Assembly (NCBI GenBank): GCA_028280445.1
Contig: JANQLU010000130.1
Location: forward strand, 11,626 to 75,625
Source of the DNA: Pirellulaceae bacterium
GTDB taxonomy: Bacteria; Planctomycetota; Planctomycetia; Pirellulales; Pirellulaceae
Length of the DNA: 64,000 bases
Direction: 5' to 3'
In this document: piece by piece, positions 27,371 to 37,034 of the stretch
How positions within the stretch are numbered: position 1 is the first letter of the stretch
How the letters are laid out: every line of letters begins with the position of its first letter
The notes under the pieces: model-generated
Database searches by the model: none
Seen by the model: the letters and a program-made list of their open reading frames with translations, nothing else
Told to the model about the DNA's origin: nothing
Made by a program: the position numbers and the translations under genes

Positions 27371-30169
27371 TTATTTGTCTTTTTTCATTTTGGCTGAATC
27401 GGCCTCAGGTCTTACTTTTGCAGGCGTCATCACGATGGTGATTTCTTTCTCCGCCGCTTCCTTGAGTTGGAATTTTTTGCGTTCGCTTTTGAAACCTTTC
27501 TTTTCTGCAAACACTTCGAAATCCCGACCGGGCGCCAATGATGATGAACGGAATTTTCCATCGGTTTGTTTTTCAAAATAAACGTGTGTTTTGACTCCGA
27601 CCAATCGAGGATCGGGTGGAGATTCGCCTTCGTAAACAAGTCCTACGGCTGCGCCCTTAACAGGTTTGCCGTTTTCATCAACGACATTGACTTGCAGGAT
27701 CGGTGCTACGTAGCGAATGACTTTCACATCCAACATATCCGACTCAATTTTGTCATACTCAAACGATCGTTCAGTCGTTGGCTTTTTACCGGGGCCGAGT
27801 TGTATCAGCAGCGCTGAGTGTTCGCTGGTTGCGAACGTCAGTCGTGCCCGTTCGATTCCGTGAGGGATCATCAACTCGAATGAACCAGTATCTTTTCCTT
27901 TGCGAGACCGCATCCAGGCCAATTGTCCGTCAAACGTGCCGAGGACATCAGGCAAATGGATGGCTCGCTTGTTGCCTTTGGAATCGTAGCCCTGTCCGCG
28001 AATATAAATATGCGGGACGGCTTGAATTACGATGGGTTTGTCAGCAGTCGCTTCGGTAATTTCCATCACTTGGCGGACAAACACGGCTGGAGGTGGATCA
28101 TCTTTGAAATTGGCGTACTCTTTTTTCTCCAATGCACCTGTCGCTTTGGTTTGCACTTGAATCGTGTATTCTCCCGCATCGAGAACGCGAGTCTTAAATT
28201 TTCCGCCAGAATCTGTTTTGCTCGAACGAGTCATTCCTTGTCGAGTAATATTGACCCACAAATTGTCCAGTGGTTTTCCTCGTGCATCGAGGACTTTACC
28301 CGAAACGGAAAACCCGTCAGACAATTCGATATCGCCTAAATCGCCGCGTTTGCCGCCGATGTCTTTGGCGTACATGCAGTGGTTTTTAGGAACGACGGTG
28401 AAGCGGGCGATACCTTCTTTGGTGACGACGGCTTCGAACCGACCGTTGGCATCTGATGTTGTTTTGCTGTAACTGAATCTCGAAAAATCTCGCGAATTGG
28501 CGGTCCCAGGGCCTTCGGAATTGACGCGAATGGCGGCACCGGCGACGGGATCACCGGCTTTGTCTACCAAGCGTGCCGATATTTTTGTACCGGGCGTCAT
28601 TTTCAAACTCGTAAACCATGGTTTGTCACCGAGCTTGAGATTTTTTTTAATCATCGAATAACTGTAGCTGCCGCAATGTCGCGGAGCATAAGTTTTGTCT
28701 TTGTGTTTCACGTCAACCAGAATATAGAGATAGCGATCGTTCAACTGTTCGACCGGGATTTTGAAACTGTACTCGCCGCGTTCATTGGTGAGCGATTCAG
28801 TTTTTCCAAGTTCGGTCCAGGTTTTCGAACTCATGCGTCTGATGACGACAATCGCGTTTTTGACAGGTTTCCCTGTTCCCGCATCGAGGACTTTGCCCGT
28901 GTGAGTGACGGGTTTGGTCGCTTTTGGTTTGTCCGTTTTTTTCTTGTCGTCTTGTTGGGCTAAATTGGACTCTGCGGGTGTCGGGCTAAGAGCAGCCGCA
29001 GATGTCAATTGAATTGAAATCATCAATACGGCCGCTGCAACTAAAGCAATACTGAATGCACCCACGACACGTTTTCGACTCATGGCTGCGATGGGAAAGT
29101 GGCGATTAAGCAACATGTCGATTCTCCTAAACAAGTTTGACTTGGTTCCGGCCATGGTCAAAGCGCCGGTCATGGTTGTATTTTGTTGGTTTGCAAGAGT
29201 TAAAAGTGTTTCTGCATAATCCGTTCGGTCTTGGTAAACGGTTGCTGCGTCATCGGCAATCAAATCCTGATTGACTCGCAACTCACGACGGAGAATCCAA
29301 AAACAGGGTTGGAACCACAGCAACGTTTGACACAAACTCAACGAGTACCAGGTCAGCAAATCGTTTTGTTCGATATGCTTCCACTCGTGTCGCAGTGCTT
29401 GCTTGACTTGCTGTTTGTCGGCCGTTTCCAACATCTTGAGGGGCAAAACGATCGTTGGCCGAATGATTCCTGTGGCGATCGGAATTCGTATCTGATCGGA
29501 AACCACGATGCTGACTCGGTGTTCCGTCGCAAATTGTTCTAGCGTGACGAATGTTTTAATCTGGCGAGATTCATCAAGCGATTTGGCGGTTTGAACCAGG
29601 TTTCTGGTACACCAAAACCCGAACAACAGCCACACGCATTGAAACAGGCAGCCTGTCAGAAACAGGAAAATGACAACTTGCTGCAACGAAGGCCAGGCAA
29701 TTCCGGCCGATTGCGATTTCGTATTTGTCGACAGAGACAACGGTTGTTTCTGGCTTGACGGAATCGTCGGTTTGTTAGCAGCAACATCTTTTTCTAGTTT
29801 TTTTACAGGCGATCTTAAATCCTTGTTTTGCGGCAACACGGGAACAACCGTTTTCTGCGCCCGATCATCAGCCGGTTTCCAGTCGCTCGGTTCCGAATCC
29901 CAAATCATCGAAGGCATTTCACGATGATGTTCGACCACCGGAGTAGTGGATGGGTTTTCGGGGAGTATGGCAAGGTTCAGCGTGGGTTTCCAATTGCTGA
30001 CACTCAGCAATGTTACCGCAAACAATGTTATCAGCGTGATTTGAATGAGCCGGATTTTTTCGACCGGCTGTTTAAAAAATCGGAGCGTTAACCAGCCGAT
30101 GCCCAGCAGCACGAAACTCAAAATTGCGAACCGGATCAACAAAACAAAAATCGAGTCGAAGGTCAGCAT
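27371..30169 (-). CDS. BlaR1-like M56 family membrane metalloprotease with a C-terminal array of CarboxypepD_reg-like beta-sandwich repeats
   Basis: 'LRHEWKHIEQNDLLTWY' carries HExxH. N-terminal TM helices are present. Repeated units 'GKVLDAGTGKPVKNAIVVI', 'SARLVDKAGDPVAGAAIRVNSEG' and 'GKVLDARGKPLDNLWVNITRQ' occur. The ATG at 30169 immediately follows the blaI TAA. Confidence 0.7.
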   Translation of the reverse strand: MLTFDSIFVLLIRFAILSFVLLGIGWLTLRFFKQPVEKIRLIQITLITLFAVTLLSVSNWKPTLNLAILPENPSTTPVVEHHREMPSMIWDSEPSDWKPADDRAQKTVVPVLPQNKDLRSPVKKLEKDVAANKPTIPSSQKQPLSLSTNTKSQSAGIAWPSLQQVVIFLFLTGCLFQCVWLLFGFWCTRNLVQTAKSLDESRQIKTFVTLEQFATEHRVSIVVSDQIRIPIATGIIRPTIVLPLKMLETADKQQVKQALRHEWKHIEQNDLLTWYSLSLCQTLLWFQPCFWILRRELRVNQDLIADDAATVYQDRTDYAETLLTLANQQNTTMTGALTMAGTKSNLFRRIDMLLNRHFPIAAMSRKRVVGAFSIALVAAAVLMISIQLTSAAALSPTPAESNLAQQDDKKKTDKPKATKPVTHTGKVLDAGTGKPVKNAIVVIRRMSSKTWTELGKTESLTNERGEYSFKIPVEQLNDRYLYILVDVKHKDKTYAPRHCGSYSYSMIKKNLKLGDKPWFTSLKMTPGTKISARLVDKAGDPVAGAAIRVNSEGPGTANSRDFSRFSYSKTTSDANGRFEAVVTKEGIARFTVVPKNHCMYAKDIGGKRGDLGDIELSDGFSVSGKVLDARGKPLDNLWVNITRQGMTRSSKTDSGGKFKTRVLDAGEYTIQVQTKATGALEKKEYANFKDDPPPAVFVRQVMEITEATADKPIVIQAVPHIYIRGQGYDSKGNKRAIHLPDVLGTFDGQLAWMRSRKGKDTGSFELMIPHGIERARLTFATSEHSALLIQLGPGKKPTTERSFEYDKIESDMLDVKVIRYVAPILQVNVVDENGKPVKGAAVGLVYEGESPPDPRLVGVKTHVYFEKQTDGKFRSSSLAPGRDFEVFAEKKGFKSERKKFQLKEAAEKEITIVMTPAKVRPEADSAKMKKDK

Positions 30170-30556
30170 TTACTTTCCCTCCTCTTTTTCTTTGGACTTG
30201 CGGGCCTTGGCAATCATTTTTTCCAGCGTGCGCATTTCCTCAGCGGAAACTTTTTCCGACGACAACATGCTCAACACAAATTTGTCTCTCGCGCCATCAA
30301 AGACTTTGTCAATAAAGCGATTGGTGGCGTTTTCCAGCGTATAAATCGGGCGATAGAAATCGGTGCGGCCTTCGGAACGCTTTTCCACCAGACCTTTGGT
30401 GCACATGATTCGGAGCAATGTTTGAACGGTTGTGAATGCACATTCACCGTTGGGGCAAAACGCGGTGTGGATGTCGCGAACTTTCCCTTCGCCCAGCTCC
30501 CAGAGCACTTTGAGCAAGTCGAGTTCGCGTTCGCTCGGAACAATGGATTTGTTCAT
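30170..30556 (-). CDS. BlaI/MecI/CopY-family transcriptional repressor (second copy)
   Basis: 'SERELDLLKVLWELGEGKVRDIHTAF...TTVQTLLRIMCTKGLVEKR' matches the family. It is adjacent and co-oriented with the M56 gene. Confidence 0.8.
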   Translation of the reverse strand: MNKSIVPSERELDLLKVLWELGEGKVRDIHTAFCPNGECAFTTVQTLLRIMCTKGLVEKRSEGRTDFYRPIYTLENATNRFIDKVFDGARDKFVLSMLSSEKVSAEEMRTLEKMIAKARKSKEKEEGK

Positions 30557-30607
30557 GTTGAGGTACTTGTGGTTGCAAAACTCTTGTTTTTAGGACATTT
30601 TTGATGC

Positions 30608-30628
30608 AACTAAACTAATAAGTTAGTT
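30608..30628 (-). promoter_or_regulatory. Candidate operator palindrome AACTAA-N9-TTAGTT upstream of the second blaI-like gene
   Basis: Perfect 6-bp inverted arms 50-70 bp upstream of the start at 30556, in an AT-rich leader. Confidence 0.2.
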
Positions 30629-30786
30629 GATAATCCAAATCGTACAGGTGACCGGAGACGTTGTCAACAAAACTTTTTCAAGAAAATCAAAATTTGATGT
30701 CACGACTGTTTTGTGGGTTTGTATAGCTCCAAACGGCGATCAGTTTTTAGCCGCAATTCATTGATTTTTATGAAAAGGGAACAGTC

Positions 30787-31143
30787 GTGGAGATTCTTTT
30801 TTCGCCAGAAAACTGGCAAACGACAGATTGGGTACTGGCGATCACGTTACTCGTGCTGGTCGTCTGGATGTTGCAGATGTTGTTCGTTTACTGGCGTCGT
30901 CGGCAAACGAATTTAACACCCGTCGACGTGCCATCAAAAAATAACGACGCTCAACCGGATTTCCTGCATATCGACAAAAAAGCCAGAAACGAAGCGTTGA
31001 AGCGTGGCGATCGATTCGCAGCCAAGATTGTTCGAGAACAACGATCGGTAGAACAGCGCGTTTCGAAATGGGCCAGCCTGTGCTTGGGCAGTGTCAGCAT
31101 TATTCTCACGGTCATTTCGATCATCATTTTGATCGCCCGTTGA
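30787..31143 (+). CDS. Small membrane protein (N- and C-terminal TM helices), hypothetical
   Basis: 118 aa. It lies immediately upstream of the SPFH gene. Confidence 0.4.
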   Translation: MEILFSPENWQTTDWVLAITLLVLVVWMLQMLFVYWRRRQTNLTPVDVPSKNNDAQPDFLHIDKKARNEALKRGDRFAAKIVREQRSVEQRVSKWASLCLGSVSIILTVISIIILIAR

Positions 31144-31193
31144 ATTTAAACATAAAAACACCAACCAAAATTTATACGACAAGGAATTCAAAA

Positions 31194-32807
31194 ATGGCAT
31201 CTAAAACACTTTCACTGAGTCATCCCGAACTGTTGGCTGAGTATGTCCCGGAATCAGAGTTCAAAGCGTTTTTTGAGAAACGACTTGCCACGCCGCCGGA
31301 TCATATGGCGATGCTGATTCGCAATGGCGAGATTGTGGACACTTACAAAGGCGCGCATTTCTCGGTTGGCGGAATTGTCAAACGATTGAAATCGCTGGTT
31401 GTAGGTTCGAGCCATATTTCGATTTTGTTGGCCGATCTCAAACCATTTTCGTTGCAGTCCAATTTTAGTGCGATCACCAAAGACAATGTTGAAATCCGCG
31501 CTACCGCAACATTCGAGCTTCAAGTGAACCCAGACAAACCCGCGAATGTAATGGGATTGGTCAACACCAGCGGTTACTTGACCCACGACGAAGTTTTAAA
31601 ACGGTTCAAACCGCATTTGACAGATCGAGTCATCGAAGCGGCGGTTCGGCGAGTCGATGCGGGCTCGTTGCGAGGCGAACGCGGGCTGCAAGATCATATT
31701 CAAGCCGAGATCATGCGAGAAATCCAACGCGTGGCCGGCGATCTCGGCTTGATCGTTCGAGCGGTCTCGTTGGAATGGGCACTGAACGCAACAGAAAAAG
31801 CGGCGCTCGAAAAAGCGACTCTTGATCGAGAACAAATTCGATTGGATAACGAATTGGAATACCTGCGTCGCAAATTCGAACGCGGTACGGAAAGTACAAA
31901 GTTCAAAATCGCGGCGGATTTCGAAGTTGCAAAATTCGGAGCGTTGACGGACAACGAGTTTGAAAAACTCATTTTTGATCAGGAAGTTCAATTTACGGAC
32001 GCCCGCCAAGATGTCGAGCGACGTCGCGAGTTGGAAGCGATCGAACACCAGTTGCAGGTGATGCGTGAACAACGCATCGGACGTTTTGAAAACAAAATTG
32101 CGGAACTGGATCATGCGGTCGATATGGCAAAACGCAAGCAACAGATTTCCAAGCTGCATCAGGACTTGGATCGTCTCCAACAGATTCACTTGGCCGAGAT
32201 GAAAAAACTCAAAGCGTTCACCGATTTGGAAATCCGCAAACGCAGCGAGTTTCTGGAACTTGAGTTGACCCAACGCACTCAGCAACAACAGCTCGCCCAT
32301 CTCAAAGCGATTCGAGCACTGGAAAACGCGGACGATGATGCTGATGAAAAACGCAGAAACACCAGAAAACAGGTCGATGCAAAAATCGAAGCGGATCGTG
32401 TTCGAGCCGAGACTGAGGCGCGTGTTGCCCAGTTGAAAGCGGGTGCCAACATGACGCCTGAACAGATTCTGGCCATCAACGCAGGCCTTTCCGCCGACGT
32501 AGCGAATGTCCTCGTAGAACAGGCTCGAGCCAACGCCAACGGCAGCGAACAAGTCATGTCGGTAATGCGAGAAATGGTTGCTCAAGCGTCCGATGCCCGT
32601 GTCGATTCCGAGCGGCAGGCGAGAGAGATGTTTCGAATGGGGATGGAAGGAACCGTTGGTGTGGCTCAAGGAGCTGGACCCGGTTCAGGGAATTCCAACT
32701 CGCCAACCTCCGCGGAACAACAAACCGTTGAATGCCATCAATGCGGTCGTGAAAACAACATCACCAACCGTTGTTGCATCGGCTGTGGCAAACAATTGCG
32801 AACTTGA
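31194..32807 (+). CDS. SPFH/band-7 (flotillin-like) domain protein with an extended coiled coil and a C-terminal zinc ribbon
   Basis: 'SNFSAITKDNVEIRATATFELQVN' resembles the SPFH core. About 250 aa of heptad-rich coiled coil follow. The C-terminal 'CHQCGRENNITNRCCIGCGKQL' is a zinc ribbon. The start is taken at the ATG at 31194 (Met43 of the track ORF). Confidence 0.45.
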   Translation: MASKTLSLSHPELLAEYVPESEFKAFFEKRLATPPDHMAMLIRNGEIVDTYKGAHFSVGGIVKRLKSLVVGSSHISILLADLKPFSLQSNFSAITKDNVEIRATATFELQVNPDKPANVMGLVNTSGYLTHDEVLKRFKPHLTDRVIEAAVRRVDAGSLRGERGLQDHIQAEIMREIQRVAGDLGLIVRAVSLEWALNATEKAALEKATLDREQIRLDNELEYLRRKFERGTESTKFKIAADFEVAKFGALTDNEFEKLIFDQEVQFTDARQDVERRRELEAIEHQLQVMREQRIGRFENKIAELDHAVDMAKRKQQISKLHQDLDRLQQIHLAEMKKLKAFTDLEIRKRSEFLELELTQRTQQQQLAHLKAIRALENADDDADEKRRNTRKQVDAKIEADRVRAETEARVAQLKAGANMTPEQILAINAGLSADVANVLVEQARANANGSEQVMSVMREMVAQASDARVDSERQAREMFRMGMEGTVGVAQGAGPGSGNSNSPTSAEQQTVECHQCGRENNITNRCCIGCGKQLRT

Positions 32808-32832
32808 TGCGGATGATTGACGGAGAACGACG

Positions 32833-33993
32833 ATGTTTTCAATCACGAAATCGACAGAAAGTGCAAACAGCAAAAATGCTGCAAAACCTTGCTGTTATCG
32901 GGCAAGTTGTCACGCTGACGCAGGGTTTTGCAGCGACTGCGGCGATCCTTTGGTTCGCTGTGCGGCTTTCGACGAATGCGGCGGATTGCTGGACGACGAC
33001 GGGTGCTGTTCCGTCTGCTTTTCTCCCGAATTGGTTTTGGCCACGCAACAATTCCGACAAGCCCGCGTTGGTGATTCCGTTCAAATTCCGTTGAAACTGC
33101 TCAATCATTCTGCGGTCGGTCGCCCGGTTTTTGTTCGCGGTGTCTGGACTCGAGAATCCGGTGGACCATGGATCGAGGCCGAGTTGGCTTGGCAACGCGT
33201 CGAGGCCGGTCAGGCGCGTGAATTGGTTGTCAGTGCCGAGTCAATTGCCAAATCGGGAAATCACGTTGTCGACATCGTGATTGCGATCGAATCGCGTTGG
33301 CAGTGGAGGACCGAGACATTTGCCTTCAGTTCCAGTATCCGAATCGACATTGCCGACAAAAAAGGTGACGTCATCGTGAACCAAAACATTTCGACATCGG
33401 CCGCCGGAAACCAAACCGGCGTCACCATTTCCAGCCCCGTCAAAATTTACAACGACGACAACTCGGCGAGTCAGACCGATGGAGTCGTGGAAATCCAACC
33501 TTTGGTGCGGGCAACGGTTTACGATCAGGTATTTGGATTTCGTGGAACATCCAATGATTTCCGTGTCAAACGAAATGCTGTTTTTAGCTGGTCCGGTTTT
33601 TCAAAAACACAAACGCCAGCCGCGAGCGCTATCGTTACGCATGATGGGTTGTTGAGATTTGGTCGTTCTCGCACCAAAAGGCAGGGTGGGGAAGGCGATG
33701 TTCGAATTCTGGTAAATCGAAACGATGGCGAAGTCGACGTTGAACTTTCGCAAGCAATTTCGCGAGAACATTTTTATTTGTTCATCCAAAATAATCGTCT
33801 TCAATTGCGAGTCGTTTCGCCTCACGGTGTGACAGTCGATGGAAAGACGATTGAATCGGGCCAAGTTTGCAGCTTGAAAAACGGAAGCAAAATACATCCG
33901 CTTCCATCACATCCAAGCCGTTTGGAGCTTACGACTTCGTTTGAAATCGAGCACGGAAACGTGGTGAAAGTCGTAGTTTCGAAAACACAGTAG
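32833..33993 (+). CDS. FHA domain protein with an N-terminal double zinc ribbon
   Basis: N-terminal 'CCYRASCHADAGFCSDCGDPLVRC...CCSVCFSPE'. C-terminal 'ISREHFYLFIQNNRLQLRVVSPHGVTVDGKTIESGQVCSLKNGSKI' is the FHA signature. Confidence 0.65.
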   Translation: MFSITKSTESANSKNAAKPCCYRASCHADAGFCSDCGDPLVRCAAFDECGGLLDDDGCCSVCFSPELVLATQQFRQARVGDSVQIPLKLLNHSAVGRPVFVRGVWTRESGGPWIEAELAWQRVEAGQARELVVSAESIAKSGNHVVDIVIAIESRWQWRTETFAFSSSIRIDIADKKGDVIVNQNISTSAAGNQTGVTISSPVKIYNDDNSASQTDGVVEIQPLVRATVYDQVFGFRGTSNDFRVKRNAVFSWSGFSKTQTPAASAIVTHDGLLRFGRSRTKRQGGEGDVRILVNRNDGEVDVELSQAISREHFYLFIQNNRLQLRVVSPHGVTVDGKTIESGQVCSLKNGSKIHPLPSHPSRLELTTSFEIEHGNVVKVVVSKTQ

Positions 33994-34046
33994 GGCCAGT
34001 TCCCACCGGCCAATCAAACAAAACGGCCGGTGGGAACCGGCCCTAC
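33990..34046. repeat. Family-1 REP-like hairpin
   Basis: GTAGGGCCAGTTCCCACCGGCC / GGCCGGTGGGAACCGGCCCTAC; it overlaps the stop of the FHA gene. Confidence 0.65.
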
Positions 34047-34150
34047 TCACGCATATACCCTCAAAAAATTCTGGAATTCACGGTCACAGCCTTCCGTGTG
34101 CCTGGTATTGGCTTGGAACAAAAAGGAATCGCGCAAACAGGATTTTTTCA

Positions 34151-35608
34151 ATGACCACTCGAGAACAAACCAAAATCTGCGGCCAATGCGGAACAAAAAG
34201 TCCTCAAGATGCCGATTTTTGCCCGCAATGTGGGGCCGCTGTCGCCAGCGAAAATAACACTTCATCGTCAAATGAAATGCTGCAGACCATCGGATCGTTG
34301 AACACGATCAATCCGGCTGCGGTCAATTCATCCGATGCCGCCGAACAAGAAACGCTTCGCCCGGGAACACAATTTGCCAATCGTTACGAAATCATTGAAA
34401 AAATTGGCGCTGGCGGAATGGGATTGGTTTACAAAGCACTCGACCAAGTCACCAATAAAACGATCGCCCTCAAACTCATCCACCCTCGACACGCAGCCAG
34501 CGACGCCGATTTGGAACGGCTTCGTGAAGAAGGAATTACGGCGCGCGATATTCGTCACAAGCATGTTGTCGCTGTGTATGACGTGGGTCAGAACGGAAAC
34601 CAACCTTACATCACTATGGAATACCTGCCAGGTCGCTCGTTGCGTGATTGGATTTCACATTGGCAACATGGGGGAATGAACATTCCGGTGGCGGACATCA
34701 CAAAAGCGATCGCACAAATACTGAGCGGTCTGAACGCGGCTCACGAAGCTGGTGTCGTCCATCGCGATTTGAAACCTGAAAACATCATGTTGGTTGATGA
34801 GACACAGGAGAATTTTGCTGTAAAAATCTTGGACTTTGGAATCGCAAGAGCTTTGTCGAAACCGCCCCAAGTCAAAGATTTTTCTGGAACGATGGGTTAC
34901 ATGGCTCCTGAACAATCGTCAAACCCACACTTGGTTGGACCGCCTGCCGACATTTACGCTGTATCGGTCATGTTCTACGAATTGTTGGTCGGGATGCGGC
35001 CCCAAGGGCATTGGCAACCGCCATCGGGTTGTCGCCGCGACGTACCGCACGGTATCGATCAATTGATTGAACATGGGCTGAATATCTTGCCGCAAAATCG
35101 AATTCCGTCGGCAAACGTTTATCTCGACCAACTCCGGCGTCACGCCGGAAATTTGCTCCAACAGCCGCGCCCGAATAACAACCGAACGCCTCAAACGGCC
35201 GTGCAATCTCGCACCGGAAATCATTCAGAGGACAGCAAATCTCAATCTTCGATTTCATTGTTGTTAGTTGGTCTATTGGTTGCGGTGGTATTGGGACTTG
35301 GCGGGATTTTTTCAGTTTGTGTCTTCTCTGGATTACTTGTCGATCAATCGCAACTCACGGCACCGGCGGATGCAAACGAGATGGCTGGTACGTGGCGTTC
35401 CAGGTATGTCACGATGATTTTGTCGACTGACAACACGTATCGTGTCAGCGGCAGTGACGGGCGTTTCGAATCAGGTTATTGGTCGGTTGAACAAAGTGTT
35501 TTGTATTTGAACGCAGCTAACGGCAACCAAAGTTCGCATGAGATTTCTGGCGGAACTATCAAATTGAACTACGCAGGATATCTTGTTTCGCTTGAGAAAT
35601 CGGATTGA
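34151..35608 (+). CDS. Ser/Thr protein kinase with an N-terminal zinc ribbon, one TM helix and a small C-terminal extracytoplasmic domain
   Basis: 'CGQCGTKSPQDADFCPQCGA'. Kinase motifs 'IGAGGMGLVYKA', 'HRDLKPENIML', 'DFGIA' and 'GTMGYMAPE'. The TM is 'ISLLLVGLLVAVVLGLGGIFSVCVF'. Confidence 0.85.
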   Translation: MTTREQTKICGQCGTKSPQDADFCPQCGAAVASENNTSSSNEMLQTIGSLNTINPAAVNSSDAAEQETLRPGTQFANRYEIIEKIGAGGMGLVYKALDQVTNKTIALKLIHPRHAASDADLERLREEGITARDIRHKHVVAVYDVGQNGNQPYITMEYLPGRSLRDWISHWQHGGMNIPVADITKAIAQILSGLNAAHEAGVVHRDLKPENIMLVDETQENFAVKILDFGIARALSKPPQVKDFSGTMGYMAPEQSSNPHLVGPPADIYAVSVMFYELLVGMRPQGHWQPPSGCRRDVPHGIDQLIEHGLNILPQNRIPSANVYLDQLRRHAGNLLQQPRPNNNRTPQTAVQSRTGNHSEDSKSQSSISLLLVGLLVAVVLGLGGIFSVCVFSGLLVDQSQLTAPADANEMAGTWRSRYVTMILSTDNTYRVSGSDGRFESGYWSVEQSVLYLNAANGNQSSHEISGGTIKLNYAGYLVSLEKSD

Positions 35609-35648
35609 TCGACTCAATGGAAATTACTCGACGATAATATTCACCGGA

Positions 35649-35795
35649 AAAGGTCTCACGCAGAGACGCGGAGGCGCAGAGAAGAGGATGAATGATAAGT
35701 AGATTTGGTATCAAGTAAGATCTGATCAGACGAAAAGCTTACTGTTGGCTTGACCGAACACAACACCTCTGCGTCTCAGCGACTCCGCGTGCGAT
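35649..35795. repeat. Family-2 module A inverted pair (MITE-like) flanking ~70 bp
   Basis: GGTCTCACGCAGAGACGCGGAGGCGCAGAGAAG ... CCTCTGCGTCTCAGCGACTCCGCGTG. Confidence 0.55.
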
Positions 35796-35842
35796 TTAAT
35801 TCTTTAGCTATGACTTGCCACCAAATTTCTTATCCAACGAAA

Positions 35843-36805
35843 CTAACGTTTTTTGTTTGGTGAAGATTTCTGCTTATCGAGTTTCAACGATCCGCAAACG
35901 GCCAGGTGATCGGATTGTTTGTATCCCTTGGACCCAAACACACTGTCGGTCACTACCTGGCATTTGATCGGCGAAAAATGTTTGCTGTAAAAGATGTAGT
36001 CGATTCGGCCGTCGCCACAAGTCAAACCGGGCTTGGCTTTCGCATCACGATGAACTGTTCGATAAAGATCGGTGTAGCCTGATTTCTCCAGGAAACGTGT
36101 CACGCGCCATCCCCCAGTTTCGTCAAAATGACTTCGCGTATTAAAGTCACCCAGAATGATCCGCGGTAATTTCTGATACGGCTCAAGTTTTTTTACGATG
36201 CCAGCGATTTCTTTGTAACGCATCGTTGTCATTTTTTTATTGTTTCCATCGCCCCAGGGATGAAGATGCAAGACAAAAACGACAAATCGGTTTCCCTGGG
36301 CTGTTTCCAACACGGCCATCGTACCGCCACGGTAAATCGGCACGTCGGGGTCAAACGCTTTGTGCTCTTTGGCGGCCATCGCGTTGAATACTTTTGATGA
36401 AATAATTTTGTGCTTGGTCAGTAACACCTGCGGCATGTAAAAACCGTTGATCGTGTGAGCTTTGGGTTTGTATTTTTGCTTTGGGTTTTGCCCCCCGTAA
36501 ACGATGTTGTATCCCAATTTTTTGGCAATCTGTTCGTTGCGAGAACCATTCCAGGCTTCGTTCAATCCAACGATATCGGCGCCCGATTTCCGAATGATTT
36601 CAGCCAAAGCATCTACTCCAATTTGCCACATGTGGATGTTGTAACTGAGTACGGTCAATGTTTCCGACGAAGCCGATTTTTTCCGTTTGTCATCCTGCGC
36701 GTTCAACTTGGTCGAAACCGAGAAACTCAACATCAACGCAAAAACAAACAATAACCCCCGCACCATAGCAGGTTGAAGGTATATCAGAGAATTCGACTTT
36801 GACAT
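35843..36805 (-). CDS. Secreted endonuclease/exonuclease/phosphatase (EEP) family protein
   Basis: Signal peptide. 'LTVLSYNIHMW...GADIVGLNEA' and 'ILGDFNTRSH' are EEP motifs. The terminal 'SDHLAV' fits the catalytic His region. Confidence 0.7.
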   Translation of the reverse strand: MSKSNSLIYLQPAMVRGLLFVFALMLSFSVSTKLNAQDDKRKKSASSETLTVLSYNIHMWQIGVDALAEIIRKSGADIVGLNEAWNGSRNEQIAKKLGYNIVYGGQNPKQKYKPKAHTINGFYMPQVLLTKHKIISSKVFNAMAAKEHKAFDPDVPIYRGGTMAVLETAQGNRFVVFVLHLHPWGDGNNKKMTTMRYKEIAGIVKKLEPYQKLPRIILGDFNTRSHFDETGGWRVTRFLEKSGYTDLYRTVHRDAKAKPGLTCGDGRIDYIFYSKHFSPIKCQVVTDSVFGSKGYKQSDHLAVCGSLKLDKQKSSPNKKR

Positions 36806-37034
36806 TTTTTAAGCTTCCTTCGATGAGAATCACTTAGTCGTCATCGACGCCCAACGGTTGTTCAATCTGGGTATCATTTCACTTGAGTATAGCCATTTAA
36901 AAAGTTCTTTGCCTGCCTATCAGATCTCGTTTTGTTTATTCCTCCTTCACCCTCTTCTCTGCGCCTCCGCGTCTCTGCGTGATCCTATTTCAGATTTGCA
37001 TCGACGTTAGTCCCAATTTCCAGTTTGGACATGT

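Noticed and set aside
31596-32669. 357-aa antisense ORF inside the SPFH/coiled-coil gene
   Set aside because: It is the reverse complement of a Glu/Lys/Arg-rich coiled-coil coding region, which naturally yields an open Phe/Leu-rich frame. The sense strand has recognisable SPFH and zinc-ribbon motifs.
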